This document shows positions 19,625 to 28,839 of a DNA stretch of 64,000 nucleotides, one piece after another. This DNA comes from Nitrospirales bacterium (GTDB lineage Bacteria; Nitrospirota; Nitrospiria; Nitrospirales; UBA8639): the NCBI GenBank assembly GCA_050248735.1, contig JBFWRU010000005.1, positions 39,607-103,606 on the forward strand, given 5' to 3'. Position 1 is the first letter of the stretch; the number at the start of each line of letters is the position of its first letter. The translations under genes were made by a program, and so were the position numbers. The notes under the pieces were generated by a model. The model was not told the origin of the DNA, did no database searches, and was given only the letters and a program-made list of their open reading frames with translations.

Positions 19625-20626
19625 ATGAACGCCATGATTCTCGAGCAGGAAGGCAATGTCGGCACCAGTCCGCTCCATGCACGTGATATTCCCACACCGG
19701 AGCCGGGCCCCGGACAAGTGCGGGTCAAAGTGCATGTCTGCGGAGTGTGCCGAACCGATCTGCATATTGTGGAAGGAGAACTTCCCCCGTCCACCAGGCC
19801 AATCGTGCCGGGGCATGAAACAGTCGGCATTGTGGATCGGATCGGTTCTGACGTGCGCCATCTCAAAGAAGGCGACCGGGTCGGCATCGCCTGGTTGCAG
19901 GCCACTTGCCAGACCTGCGAGTTTTGCCAAGCCGGACGGGAAAATCTTTGTGCCCAAGCTTCCTTCACCGGCTACCATGTCCACGGAGGATATGCGGAAT
20001 ATGCGTTGGTCTCCGAACAATTTGCCTATCCGATTCCTCAGGTGTTTACCGACGAAGAAGCCGCTCCGCTTTTATGCGCCGGGATTATCGGCTACCGGGC
20101 CTTACGCCGCAGTCAGATCAAACCCGGCCAGCGCCTGGGTCTCTACGGATTCGGCGCCTCCGCCCATATCACGATTCAAATCGCCCGCCACTGGGGCTGC
20201 GAGGTGTATGTCTGCTCCTTGCGTGAAGAACATCGTGCCTTGGCCCGCCAACTTGGAGCCGTCTGGGTGGGAGAAGCGGCGGACATGCCGCCGGAAAAGC
20301 TCCATTCGGCGATTTTGTTTGCTCCCGCAGGGGAATTGGTGCCCCCTGCCTTACGGGCGTTGGAAAAAGGGGGAACCCTGGCCTTGGCAGGCATCTACAT
20401 GACACCGATTCCTTCTCTGGATTATTCCCGCGACCTGTTTCAGGAACGCACGCTTCAAAGTGTGACCGCCAATACCCGCCAGGATGGACTGGACCTTTTG
20501 AAAGAAGCGGCGGCCATTCCCATTCGCACCCATACGGTGCCGTTTCAGTTGGAAGAAGCGAATTTCGCCCTTCAACAATTAAAAAACGGAACCATCCAGG
20601 GAGCGGGAGTCTTACACATCGCCTAA
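19625..20626 (+). CDS. Zinc-dependent alcohol dehydrogenase family oxidoreductase
   Basis: 333 aa with CGVCRTDLH, GHETVGIV, the structural-zinc CQTCEFCQAGRENLC motif, and the Rossmann motif GLYGFGASAH. Confidence 0.85.
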   Translation: MNAMILEQEGNVGTSPLHARDIPTPEPGPGQVRVKVHVCGVCRTDLHIVEGELPPSTRPIVPGHETVGIVDRIGSDVRHLKEGDRVGIAWLQATCQTCEFCQAGRENLCAQASFTGYHVHGGYAEYALVSEQFAYPIPQVFTDEEAAPLLCAGIIGYRALRRSQIKPGQRLGLYGFGASAHITIQIARHWGCEVYVCSLREEHRALARQLGAVWVGEAADMPPEKLHSAILFAPAGELVPPALRALEKGGTLALAGIYMTPIPSLDYSRDLFQERTLQSVTANTRQDGLDLLKEAAAIPIRTHTVPFQLEEANFALQQLKNGTIQGAGVLHIA

Positions 20627-20742
20627 CACTGCCAAGTGGTTTCGGGACTCATCGAATACAATCCCGACAATACTCTTTCGAGACGGACAGTTACCACACG
20701 ATCTCAACTGGACAGCATATGGCCTGCCCGGATGTCTCCCAT

Positions 20743-21216
20743 CTAGGAAGCGTGACGAATGGGTTGGTCCTGAAAGCCCCGATCGAAAAACAGGCCTCGA
20801 TTAATATCTCCGATACTCAGCATGCCGATCAGTTTTCCATCTTCCGCAACGGGGATCCTTCGGAAATTTTTCACGCCCATATACGACGCTGCCTCTAAGA
20901 TAGGCGTTGTGGGAGAGACGGTCATCGGGTTTCTGGTCATCACGGCTTCAACTTTTTTCTTCAGGACTTCCGGGTAGCCCTCTTCCATTTCCGTGAAATC
21001 CCGGCTATGGACATTGTCATGAATATAGTCGCCAAAATTCGGGAAAAGCGGTAACAACACATCCCGTAGGGCCACCAGCCCGACCAGATTCTGTTGTTGG
21101 TCAATGACGGGTATCGCTCCGCAATGACGGCTCAACATTTTGATCACGATCGATCGGACCGAATCCGTGGGAAACGCGGTCAGCACTCCTGTCGACATGA
21201 CTTCTTGTACAAGCAT
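20743..21216 (-). CDS. CBS-pair domain protein
   Basis: 157 aa with two CBS repeats (..HCGAIPVIDQQQNLVGLVALRDV.. and ..NFRRIPVAEDGKLIGMLSIGDI..). Confidence 0.8.
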   Translation of the reverse strand: MLVQEVMSTGVLTAFPTDSVRSIVIKMLSRHCGAIPVIDQQQNLVGLVALRDVLLPLFPNFGDYIHDNVHSRDFTEMEEGYPEVLKKKVEAVMTRNPMTVSPTTPILEAASYMGVKNFRRIPVAEDGKLIGMLSIGDINRGLFFDRGFQDQPIRHAS

Positions 21217-21403
21217 GGCAACCTCCCGGGATAAGGATTAGGATTATGGTATCTAATGTACGCCTCCTATCCGTATATTGTCAGCTCCTCATCAACCGGG
21301 CATCCCTCTCCATCAGGTTCGTTGCATTGTTTTGCGTAATCCGTATTTACCCATCCCAACGGACAAATGGGCATGAGTCTTTGGTCCGGCATTGAAAACC
21401 GAT

Positions 21404-23161
21404 TCAATACCCGGCAGCCAGGGAATCCGGTTTACGTGGATCCGAGGCTCCATACAACCCTTCCGGAAGTCTCAGGATACTTTGGGTGCCGCCCATCGTT
21501 TCCTCAACAGTCACATGGTGCCCCCATTTTTTTAGAAGCCCCAGCGTGTCAGGACTCAACCCGCGTTCAACACGCAGCTCATCGGGCATCCATTGATGAT
21601 GAACACGGGGCGCTGCGGTAGCAGAGGCCAGGTTCATGTCATGATCGATCAGGTTTACAATAACTTGAAGAGTCGTTGTAATAATGTGACTGCCTCCGGG
21701 ACTGCCGGTGGCCAGATACGGCTTTCCTTTTGTGAAGACCAATGTCGGGGTCATGGAGGAAAGAGGACGCTTACCCGGCTCGATCGCATTGGCGGTCGAA
21801 CCTATAAGACCATAAGCATTCGGAACTCCGGCTTTAGCCACAAAATCATCCATTTCATTATTCAGCAAGATCCCGGTTCCTTCCGCCACAATCCCGCTGC
21901 CAAAGCTGAAATTGATCGTGTAGGTGTTCGAGACTACATTGCCGTCCTTATCCATAACCGAAAAATGCGTGGTATTCGGGCTCTCAAAGGGAACGGGATT
22001 GGAGGGCGTGATACTCGCTGACGGTCGAGCCTGGTGTGGATCAATGGCGGCATGCAGGGTGTTCGCATAGTCTTTTGATATCAACCCCTGTATGGGAATT
22101 TTCACAAAATCCGGATCCCCCAGCCACCGGCTCCGATCGGCATATGCGAATTTCATGCTTTCCACCAGCCAATGAATGGTCCTTGCGCTATTGTGACCAA
22201 AGTCATGCAGGGGCTCATGCTCCAGAATATTCAGCATTTGAATCAGATGAATGCCGCCTGAACTGGGTGGCGGCATCGACACGATGTCGTACCCGCGATA
22301 GGTTCCCCGTACCGGTTCCCGCCAAATGGCACGATAGCGGCGCAAATCTTCTTTGGAGAGTAATCCTCCATGCGCCTGCATTTCGTCCGTGACACGGTCC
22401 GCGATGGCCCCTTCGTAAAATGCTGCAGGCCCCTGTTCGGCAATGCGTTGAAGCGACCAGGCCAGATCTTTTTGGATCAACCGATCCCCGGGTTGGTAGG
22501 GCACACCCCTCGACTGAAAAAAAATGCGCCGGGTCGACGGCCATCGACCAAGCTCCTTTTCCTTTTCTTGAAGCGCCCCCGCTAAGGCGGGGGAGACGAT
22601 GAAGCCTTCCTGAGCAAGCCTGACAGCCGGGGCAAGCACCTCGTTGAGGGACATAGTGCCAAACGTGTGCAGCGCCTCAGTTAACCCAGCGACAGTGCCG
22701 GGTATCCCCACAGATTGATGGCTGAAGCGAAGACGTGGATGATCCACCGCTCCTCCTTCGTTTTGAAACATGTGGGACATGGCGAGGGAAGGTGCCATTT
22801 CCCGGTAATCAAGGGCCATCGTGGAATTTTTCTCAGCACTATAGATCAGCATGAATCCGCCTCCCCCAAGATTCCCGGCCTGTGGAAGCGTGACAGCCAG
22901 GGCGAATCCCACTGCCACTGCTGCATCAATGGCATTGCCTCCGGCCTTCAAAATATCCACTCCCACCTGGGTTGCCAGCGCCTCCTGACTGACCACCATA
23001 CCCTCTTTGGCAAAGACGGGATGAAAAATTTCCCGGTGTGACAGGATTGGCGTTTCTTGGGGAAAACCTACACCTGAAAGGCTCACAAGGAACACCCAAC
23101 AGAAAACAAGAATCATCACATACGCAGGACTTCCCCATGTCCATCGACCTGATCTCTGCAT
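21404..23161 (-). CDS. ggt: Gamma-glutamyltransferase
   Basis: GGNAIDAAVAV and GGGGFMLIY motifs, and autoprocessing nucleophile context PNTTHFSVMDKDGN. The ATG at 23161 (MQRSGRW, signal anchor) is preceded by AAGGAGGA. The ORF track extends the frame to 23218. Confidence 0.9.
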   Translation of the reverse strand: MQRSGRWTWGSPAYVMILVFCWVFLVSLSGVGFPQETPILSHREIFHPVFAKEGMVVSQEALATQVGVDILKAGGNAIDAAVAVGFALAVTLPQAGNLGGGGFMLIYSAEKNSTMALDYREMAPSLAMSHMFQNEGGAVDHPRLRFSHQSVGIPGTVAGLTEALHTFGTMSLNEVLAPAVRLAQEGFIVSPALAGALQEKEKELGRWPSTRRIFFQSRGVPYQPGDRLIQKDLAWSLQRIAEQGPAAFYEGAIADRVTDEMQAHGGLLSKEDLRRYRAIWREPVRGTYRGYDIVSMPPPSSGGIHLIQMLNILEHEPLHDFGHNSARTIHWLVESMKFAYADRSRWLGDPDFVKIPIQGLISKDYANTLHAAIDPHQARPSASITPSNPVPFESPNTTHFSVMDKDGNVVSNTYTINFSFGSGIVAEGTGILLNNEMDDFVAKAGVPNAYGLIGSTANAIEPGKRPLSSMTPTLVFTKGKPYLATGSPGGSHIITTTLQVIVNLIDHDMNLASATAAPRVHHQWMPDELRVERGLSPDTLGLLKKWGHHVTVEETMGGTQSILRLPEGLYGASDPRKPDSLAAGY

Positions 23162-23499
23162 GGCCTCAGATTCCTCCTTGCGAATGCTCAAGGATTCTCC
23201 CACACCAAGGAACCGCACAAGTTACATTATCAGCAGGATTCTTGCACAGTTTGACGTGTGAAAACCTGACACTCTTCCGGATTATTTTCAGCTCTTGGGA
23301 CCTATCCTTGTCATTGTACCGGCCAATAGGGCAAAGAGGCAGGCGTTTGTTGAAAAGCTTGGAACAGTGAGACCGAAATAACCCACTGCTGTCATCTCAG
23401 ACGAATTTTCAACTCCTGCACTTGCTGCCATCACAACGTTCCGTTTATTGTCCGTGAGTCCTAAGGAGCAAGAATGTGTTGAGATAATGGCATCCAGAC

Positions 23500-24180
23500 G
23501 TGGACTCCCCTCCCCAAACTATTCTGAAGGTTCTCGTGGGCTCGCATGCCCATGGACTGGCCACTACCGATTCAGACCGGGACTATCGAAGTGTCTTTGT
23601 GATTCCGACCGAGGACATGTTCAAAGTAGGATTCAAACCACCGCATACGCAGTGGACCAAAGGCCAGACCGATGAAACCGCCTGGGAAATAAGCCCGTTT
23701 CTGACCTTGGCCCTCCAAGGCCATCCGCTCGTGATCGAAACCCTGTTAGCCCCGATCGTGGAAGCCAATGACTGGGGCCATCGGCTCCGTAGCCTGTTCC
23801 CCGATGTCTGGTCCGCCGATAAAGCCTTTGAATCCTTCGTCAACTATGCCCATAACCAACGACAGAAATTTCTAGATAAAAAGGACGGACGCCCCGGAAA
23901 ATACGGAGCCGCCTATTTGCGAGTCCTCCAGAATCTCTGTGCACTTTTGGAGATGGGCACCTTTCCCGTTTCCATTGCCGATACGGATTGGGGTTCGCAC
24001 ATTCGCTCCATAAAAGAAGGACACTTTCGAACCGGGGACGTGATCGATGAAGGGGAGGCTTTATTGATGAAATCCCGACAATTACTCACCGGTTCTTCGC
24101 ATCAGAGCAATATTTCGGCAATTAATGCCTTTTTGATCGACCTTCGCCTAGGGCACCTCACCAAACCTCCCGCCGGATAG
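23500..24180 (+). CDS. Pol-beta-superfamily nucleotidyltransferase (RlaP/PF10127-like)
   Basis: 226 aa with VGSHAHGLATTDSDRDYRSVF, a G-S...D-x-D nucleotidyltransferase motif. GTG start. Confidence 0.65.
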   Translation: MDSPPQTILKVLVGSHAHGLATTDSDRDYRSVFVIPTEDMFKVGFKPPHTQWTKGQTDETAWEISPFLTLALQGHPLVIETLLAPIVEANDWGHRLRSLFPDVWSADKAFESFVNYAHNQRQKFLDKKDGRPGKYGAAYLRVLQNLCALLEMGTFPVSIADTDWGSHIRSIKEGHFRTGDVIDEGEALLMKSRQLLTGSSHQSNISAINAFLIDLRLGHLTKPPAG

Positions 24181-24337
24181 GAGCCAACCATTTTCCCCCT
24201 CGTTTTCAGACATCCCTCGAAGTCCTAAAATACCCCAATACACCCATGGATCCTGCCAAGTCATTGGTTAATCCACTTGTTCCCCTGCTCACTCCAGCTT
24301 AGGCCGTTGGGCCGGACATTACCCTGGAAACTTCCCC

Positions 24338-24353
24338 TGGCATCCCCCTTGCT
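24338..24353 (+). promoter_or_regulatory. Sigma-54 (-24/-12) promoter
   Basis: TGGCATCCCCCTTGCT has the GG-N10-GC spacing of consensus TGGCAC-N5-TTGCW. It lies 52 nt upstream of the ATG at 24406 and inside the over-extended ORF-track start (24277). Confidence 0.75.
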
Positions 24354-24405
24354 CATTCCTCGTCATAAAAGGAGAAGATCCTCATCCCTGACACAAGGAG
24401 ACCTT

Positions 24406-24927
24406 ATGCCATCCATTCCTACCGACAAGGCTGAGCCACGTGATCAATCAATTGAACTTTCAGCACATTCATCCTCGTCATATCCCGCTTCTTCATCCGT
24501 ACCCTTGACGGTACCAAATACCAAAGTCTGGCGCCCGACTACCTGGGGTGTCCTATTGGCCTCTCCTATTCTTTACGGGATGTTCATTCCGTTACTTTTC
24601 CTGGATCTTTCGTTGACCATTTACCATTGGACGGTCTTCCCACTTCTTCGAATTTCTCGTATTCAGCGTAGTACGTATATTCGTCTCGACCGCCATCGAT
24701 TGGCCTACCTTCCATGGATTGTGAAATTGACCTGTACCTATTGCGGATATGCCAATGGCCTGTTGCACTATGGGGTTCGACTAGCCGGCGACACCGAAGC
24801 CTACTTTTGCCCCATCAAGCATCAACTTCGCCAAGGCAAGTTTCATCCTCCTCCTCATCACCGACATTTTGCGCCTTTTGGCAATGCAAAGGAGTTTGAC
24901 GCGCTGTATCAACCGAAAAATACGTGA
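24406..24927 (+). CDS. Conserved hypothetical 2-TM membrane protein with a C-terminal Cys motif
   Basis: RBS AAGGAGA upstream of the ATG at 24406. It has hydrophobic helices and CTYCGYANG...YFCPIKH. The family is unnamed to me. Confidence 0.65.
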   Translation: MPSIPTDKAEPRDQSIELSAHSSSSYPASSSVPLTVPNTKVWRPTTWGVLLASPILYGMFIPLLFLDLSLTIYHWTVFPLLRISRIQRSTYIRLDRHRLAYLPWIVKLTCTYCGYANGLLHYGVRLAGDTEAYFCPIKHQLRQGKFHPPPHHRHFAPFGNAKEFDALYQPKNT

Positions 24928-25031
24928 TTTCCTTAAGGACATGGCTGGTCCCTCCGGCAAAACTATGTCCTCTCACGATAGGAATATGCTAAATAATGGT
25001 ATGAGTACCAGGGTCTAACCGAAAGGTCACG

Positions 25032-25994
25032 ATGGCCGAGAAAAAGCGGGACTACTACAGCGTGTTGGGCATCAGCAAAACGGCCGATGCCAAAGAGATT
25101 AAAAAAGCCTACCGGCGGTTGGCCCGCCAATATCATCCCGATCTCCATCCGGGAGCCAAAAAGACCGAAATGGAGGCTAAGTTTAAAGAATTAAACGAAG
25201 CCTTCGAAGTGCTGGGGGATGAGGACAAGCGGAAAAAATACGATCAATACGGGATGAAGTGGCAGGAGGCCGAAGCCTATGAACGGGCTCGCCAACAGGC
25301 CGGTGCCCGACAAGGTGGAGGCGGTTGGCAATATACGCAACCGGAAGGAGCAGAGGATTTTTCCCATGTCTTTGAAGAAATGTTCGGGGGACGTGGCCAG
25401 CAAAGCGGACCGTCCTTTCGCGGCTTTGCCATGCCGGGGGCCGATCTGGAAGCGACTATTCCGATCTCCATTCATGAAGCCTTTTCCGGCACCCGTCGAA
25501 TGCTGAACCTTCCGGATGCGTCAGGAAATCTTCATCCTATCGAGGTACGCATTCCCGCAGGCGTCCAGGAGAATGAACGGCTTCGGGTCAAAGGAAAGGG
25601 AGCCCCGGGCCGAGGCGGAGGGCCGAAGGGCGATTTACTCCTCTTGATTCATTTGATGCCCCATCCGGTCTTTCAGTACAAAGGCGGTGACATCATCGTC
25701 CACCTTCCCCTTTGGCCATGGGAAGCAGCCTTGGGCGTCGAAGTGCAAGTCCCCACGCTTTCGGGATCGGTCAAGATGAAGATCCCGCCAGGCAGCCAAC
25801 CTCATCAACCGTTACGATTACGGGGAAAAGGCCTTCCCAAACGAACCGGAGGGCACAACGATCAATTGGTCCTTCTCGATATCAGGATCCCTTCTTCCAT
25901 TTCCGAAGAAGAACGGCACCTGTATGAACAGTTAGCCAAGGGAACACACCCTGATCTTCGTTCCCACTTGCACCGTGAGGCCAGCCATGAGTGA
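25032..25994 (+). CDS. cbpA: DnaJ-class co-chaperone without zinc finger (curved-DNA-binding protein CbpA-like)
   Basis: J domain DYYSVLGISKTADAKEIKKAYRRLARQYHPD, a G-rich linker and two C-terminal beta domains. There is no CxxCxGxG repeat. Confidence 0.85.
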   Translation: MAEKKRDYYSVLGISKTADAKEIKKAYRRLARQYHPDLHPGAKKTEMEAKFKELNEAFEVLGDEDKRKKYDQYGMKWQEAEAYERARQQAGARQGGGGWQYTQPEGAEDFSHVFEEMFGGRGQQSGPSFRGFAMPGADLEATIPISIHEAFSGTRRMLNLPDASGNLHPIEVRIPAGVQENERLRVKGKGAPGRGGGPKGDLLLLIHLMPHPVFQYKGGDIIVHLPLWPWEAALGVEVQVPTLSGSVKMKIPPGSQPHQPLRLRGKGLPKRTGGHNDQLVLLDIRIPSSISEEERHLYEQLAKGTHPDLRSHLHREASHE

Positions 25995-26304
25995 AGATCC
26001 CGAACATCCTGACGAACCGATCACTGCGGAATTTTTCTCGGAAGGGTGGATACGACGCGAAGAAATCTGTACTCGCTTGGGGATTGGGGAAGACCTCTTG
26101 GAAGTGTGTCTCCAATGGGCCATCATTGAAACCCGGGAACCAGACCAGGAAGGCACGATCTTTTTTTCACTTGAGGACGTCGATCGCTTGAGCCAAGGAT
26201 TGCGATTGCATCGGGATCTGGGAATCAATTGGCCCGGGGTGTCGGTCGCCTTGTCCTTACTGGATCGCATTCGAGAACTCGAGCAACAGCAGGAACGTGG
26301 CTAG
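25987..26304 (+). CDS. cbpM: Chaperone-modulatory protein CbpM-like (MerR-like fold)
   Basis: The ATG at 25987 overlaps the cbpA stop by 8 nt. LRLHRDLGINWPGVSVALSLLDRIRELE is colinear with E. coli CbpM [22 protein letters not shown]. Confidence 0.75.
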   Translation: MSEDPEHPDEPITAEFFSEGWIRREEICTRLGIGEDLLEVCLQWAIIETREPDQEGTIFFSLEDVDRLSQGLRLHRDLGINWPGVSVALSLLDRIRELEQQQERG

Positions 26305-26432
26305 CCATTCAAGTCCCTTTTCAATCGTTTCACCTTCTCTGAAAGAGGACCGACCAGCTTCACCTCACTTTCATTATTGATCATTGTTTCTTTTCCCATT
26401 CATACAGTCCATTATTTTTTCTTGGAGGCTCT

Positions 26433-26852
26433 ATGTCCACACCTGACCTTCACAGCAAGGCCCGTGATCTCATGGAAACCCGCATTGTCGCCGTAACACG
26501 GCAGTACGGAGCACGCGATTTATCCATCCTCATTCAGTCTGGCAGGTTCAGCGGAGTTCCGGTTATCGACCCGGGGAACCACCTAGTGGGGGTAGTCACG
26601 GAATTCGATGTGCTCAAGGCGCTCCTCGCCAAAAAAGACCTGTTAACCCTCAAGGCCGAAGACATCATGTCGGCCAATCCCATTACGGTGAAAGAGACAG
26701 ATACCGCCGAACACATCGTCCAGCAAATGGTTGACCATCAAATTATTCGGATTCCGGTGGTACGGGAAGGCAGGTTGGTGGGGGTAATCTCCCGGACAGA
26801 TCTCTTAAATCATCTAGTCGCGTCAAATATGATCAATGTCTACGGAACTTAA
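26433..26852 (+). CDS. CBS-pair domain protein
   Basis: 139 aa with two CBS repeats (FSGVPVIDPGNHLVGVVTEFDV; IIRIPVVREGRLVGVISRTDL). Confidence 0.8.
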   Translation: MSTPDLHSKARDLMETRIVAVTRQYGARDLSILIQSGRFSGVPVIDPGNHLVGVVTEFDVLKALLAKKDLLTLKAEDIMSANPITVKETDTAEHIVQQMVDHQIIRIPVVREGRLVGVISRTDLLNHLVASNMINVYGT

Positions 26853-26952
26853 AATTGGCTCCCCAAAATCAGGCAAAGGGTTCAATCTCAGTTATGAGGG
26901 GGAAGCTATCGGAAAATCCATCGAAACCTCAATTCCATGGGTATCGCCACGG

Positions 26953-27498
26953 CTAAAACAGATATCGGAGATCAATCATGTGTAAATCCACTCCCCGACT
27001 GCTCCCATATATGGTGGCATCCGACATATGATGAAACCGGTAGCCCAGAATCGTTTTCTTGAAAATTTCAAACCCGGCCCCACCATGCGCAATAAATTGA
27101 AAAGGCCCGCCAATATCCTGCCTTCCAAAATGGTGCTGGCTGAGCAGGGCCCCTCCAAGGCCCATATCCAATAATATTCTCCACTCCGGTTTATAATAGG
27201 CAAACCCCGTAGTGAGGGTCGAGATAAACGCCGTTTGGTCATCACCTCTCAACGCTCCGGCTGATCCCATGAGCTGCCAGGAAAGATTCGAAACGGGCGA
27301 TTTACTAAAAATCCAGGGCAGTTGCATGATGGCATAAGCATCATATTGCTGAAAATCTTCTTTTTCGGTAGGTGGCAACCCTGCGTCTTTAATATTCATA
27401 CCTGCTCTCAGGCCAAACCCCGTAATGTCAAAATCCCCTGCCCAACCAACCTGCCAGCAGGATCCCATGAAAAGTATTGCAAAAATCCAGATTCTCAT
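26953..27498 (-). CDS. Outer-membrane beta-barrel protein, lipid A deacylase (PagL)/acyloxyacyl hydrolase-like
   Basis: Signal peptide MRIWIFAILFMGSCWQVGWA, alternating beta-strand pattern, a HHMSDA motif near the C-terminus and a terminal Phe. The ATG at 27498 is preferred over the ORF-track start at 27570. Confidence 0.5.
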   Translation of the reverse strand: MRIWIFAILFMGSCWQVGWAGDFDITGFGLRAGMNIKDAGLPPTEKEDFQQYDAYAIMQLPWIFSKSPVSNLSWQLMGSAGALRGDDQTAFISTLTTGFAYYKPEWRILLDMGLGGALLSQHHFGRQDIGGPFQFIAHGGAGFEIFKKTILGYRFHHMSDATIYGSSRGVDLHMIDLRYLF

Positions 27499-27947
27499 GT
27501 TTGAAACTTTTGGGATCATATTGGGATCATACGCAGATGGAAACTCCTGACAAGTCTTTTGATGTCTCATTTTTCATGAACCCGTTACATGAATTTTCGA
27601 AAAAGTTGATCTGAAATACCAAGGTGGGACCATTTCCGTCAACTATTGGAGGCAACCGTTGGCGACAGGAACATTTCCGGCATTTCAGGAGTATACTTCC
27701 AGGCAGGCATCGGCTAGGATTAGGTCATCCTTGAGAGAGGACTCATTCCGTATCTAAACGACGAGGACCTTTTTCTCCCCCGACCAAAAAGGTTCCTGAC
27801 CAGGCATCGGCATTCCGATCATCTCTTCAAATGGAGGTGAGGCCATATGCAACAGCGTCCCTTCCCCCGTTGCGGATTAATGAACCAGCGAATCAAATTT
27901 ACGGTCTGCACGGACTTGTTTTCCCTATATTTTTTGAACATGGCTTC

Positions 27948-27963
27948 TGGCATGAGTCTTGTT
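27948..27963 (+). promoter_or_regulatory. Weak sigma-54-like element (-12 GC replaced by GT)
   Basis: TGGCATGAGTCTTGTT lies 40 nt upstream of the ATG at 28004. The -24 half is perfect but the invariant -12 C is a T. Confidence 0.2.
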
Positions 27964-28003
27964 TATTCAGACGATAACCATCCCCTATCGGAAGAGGTGT
28001 CTT

Positions 28004-28381
28004 ATGCTCATGATTGCCACCATCGATCCCGCTCTTCGTCAGGGTCTTCAACGAACGTTGGAAGAAAGGGGGGAGTCCTTTCTGGTGCTGGAAGAGGGAA
28101 CCAATATTGTGCAGTCGGTGCTCAAGCAGAATCCTTCGCTCATCATTCTGGATCTGTATCTCACCAACCCCAGCGGACTTGAAATCTTGCGTAAACTCCG
28201 GGCGTTAGGATTCCCGGGGAAAGTGGTCGTATTGGGGGGACAATCCGTACAGACGCTGGCCCCCGAGGCCTGCCGGTTGGGAGCGTTCCAAATTGTGGGA
28301 CGGCCGTTCAATCCCAACCAAATCCTATGCGCGGCCAGAGTCGCCAGTGGCGCCTTGGATCACGACCCGGTTCCAACGTAA
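28004..28381 (+). CDS. Stand-alone receiver-domain protein with a degenerate active site
   Basis: CheY-like fold with LIILDLYL (phospho-Asp position). It has a single N-terminal acidic residue (IATIDP), Gly where the conserved Thr/Ser is expected (VVVLGGQ), and Arg where the conserved Lys is expected (GRPF). Confidence 0.65.
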   Translation: MLMIATIDPALRQGLQRTLEERGESFLVLEEGTNIVQSVLKQNPSLIILDLYLTNPSGLEILRKLRALGFPGKVVVLGGQSVQTLAPEACRLGAFQIVGRPFNPNQILCAARVASGALDHDPVPT

Positions 28382-28419
28382 GGTTGAACTTCACCACTAT
28401 CCACAAGGAGAATGGTCTA

Positions 28420-28688
28420 TGACTCATCTTTGCAACCTTGGACATCATGAACGACTGATCCGAGTCGGGTTGGGTCTTCTTTTTCTGGCGATCGGAGGGT
28501 TTTCGATCGGGCCCGAATGGGGCAATCTACTGGCTCTTGGAGTGGGATTCATTGCGCTCTTGACCGGCATAGCCGGCTATTGTCCCGCATGGCATATGAT
28601 GGGTATTTCCACTTGCCACCGAACGGGTCTCACGCAACATCCCGACCAGGACCATACCGCTCCCCAACCCGACTCTCGTCGCTCATAA
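28420..28688 (+). CDS. DUF2892 (YgaP-like) small membrane protein, second copy
   Basis: RBS AAGGAGAA upstream of the ATG at 28420. RLIRVGLGLLFLAIGG...LTGIAGYCPAWHMMG matches the DUF2892 pattern seen at 4821..5024. Confidence 0.7.
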
Positions 28689-28839
28689 GCAAAGGGTAAT
28701 GTTGTTGGAGACTTCCAAGCCCTTCCGGTTTGGTGCCGAGCTCAAGCCTTGAATACGAGAAGCTCGACCCCTCCCAGAAAAATGGCAACGGTCGCCAAAC
28801 GCCGAGCTTTCTAAACCCTGCAATAGGATCAATCACATC

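Noticed and set aside
19441-20020. Minus-strand ORFs of 175 and 138 aa
   Set aside because: They are antisense to the Zn-alcohol-dehydrogenase gene and have no recognisable features.
27705-27811. Repeated 10-mer AGGCATCGGC (27705-14 and 27802-11) upstream of the receiver gene
   Set aside because: There are two short copies only. They do not fit sigma-54 spacing and are too little to call a regulatory repeat.
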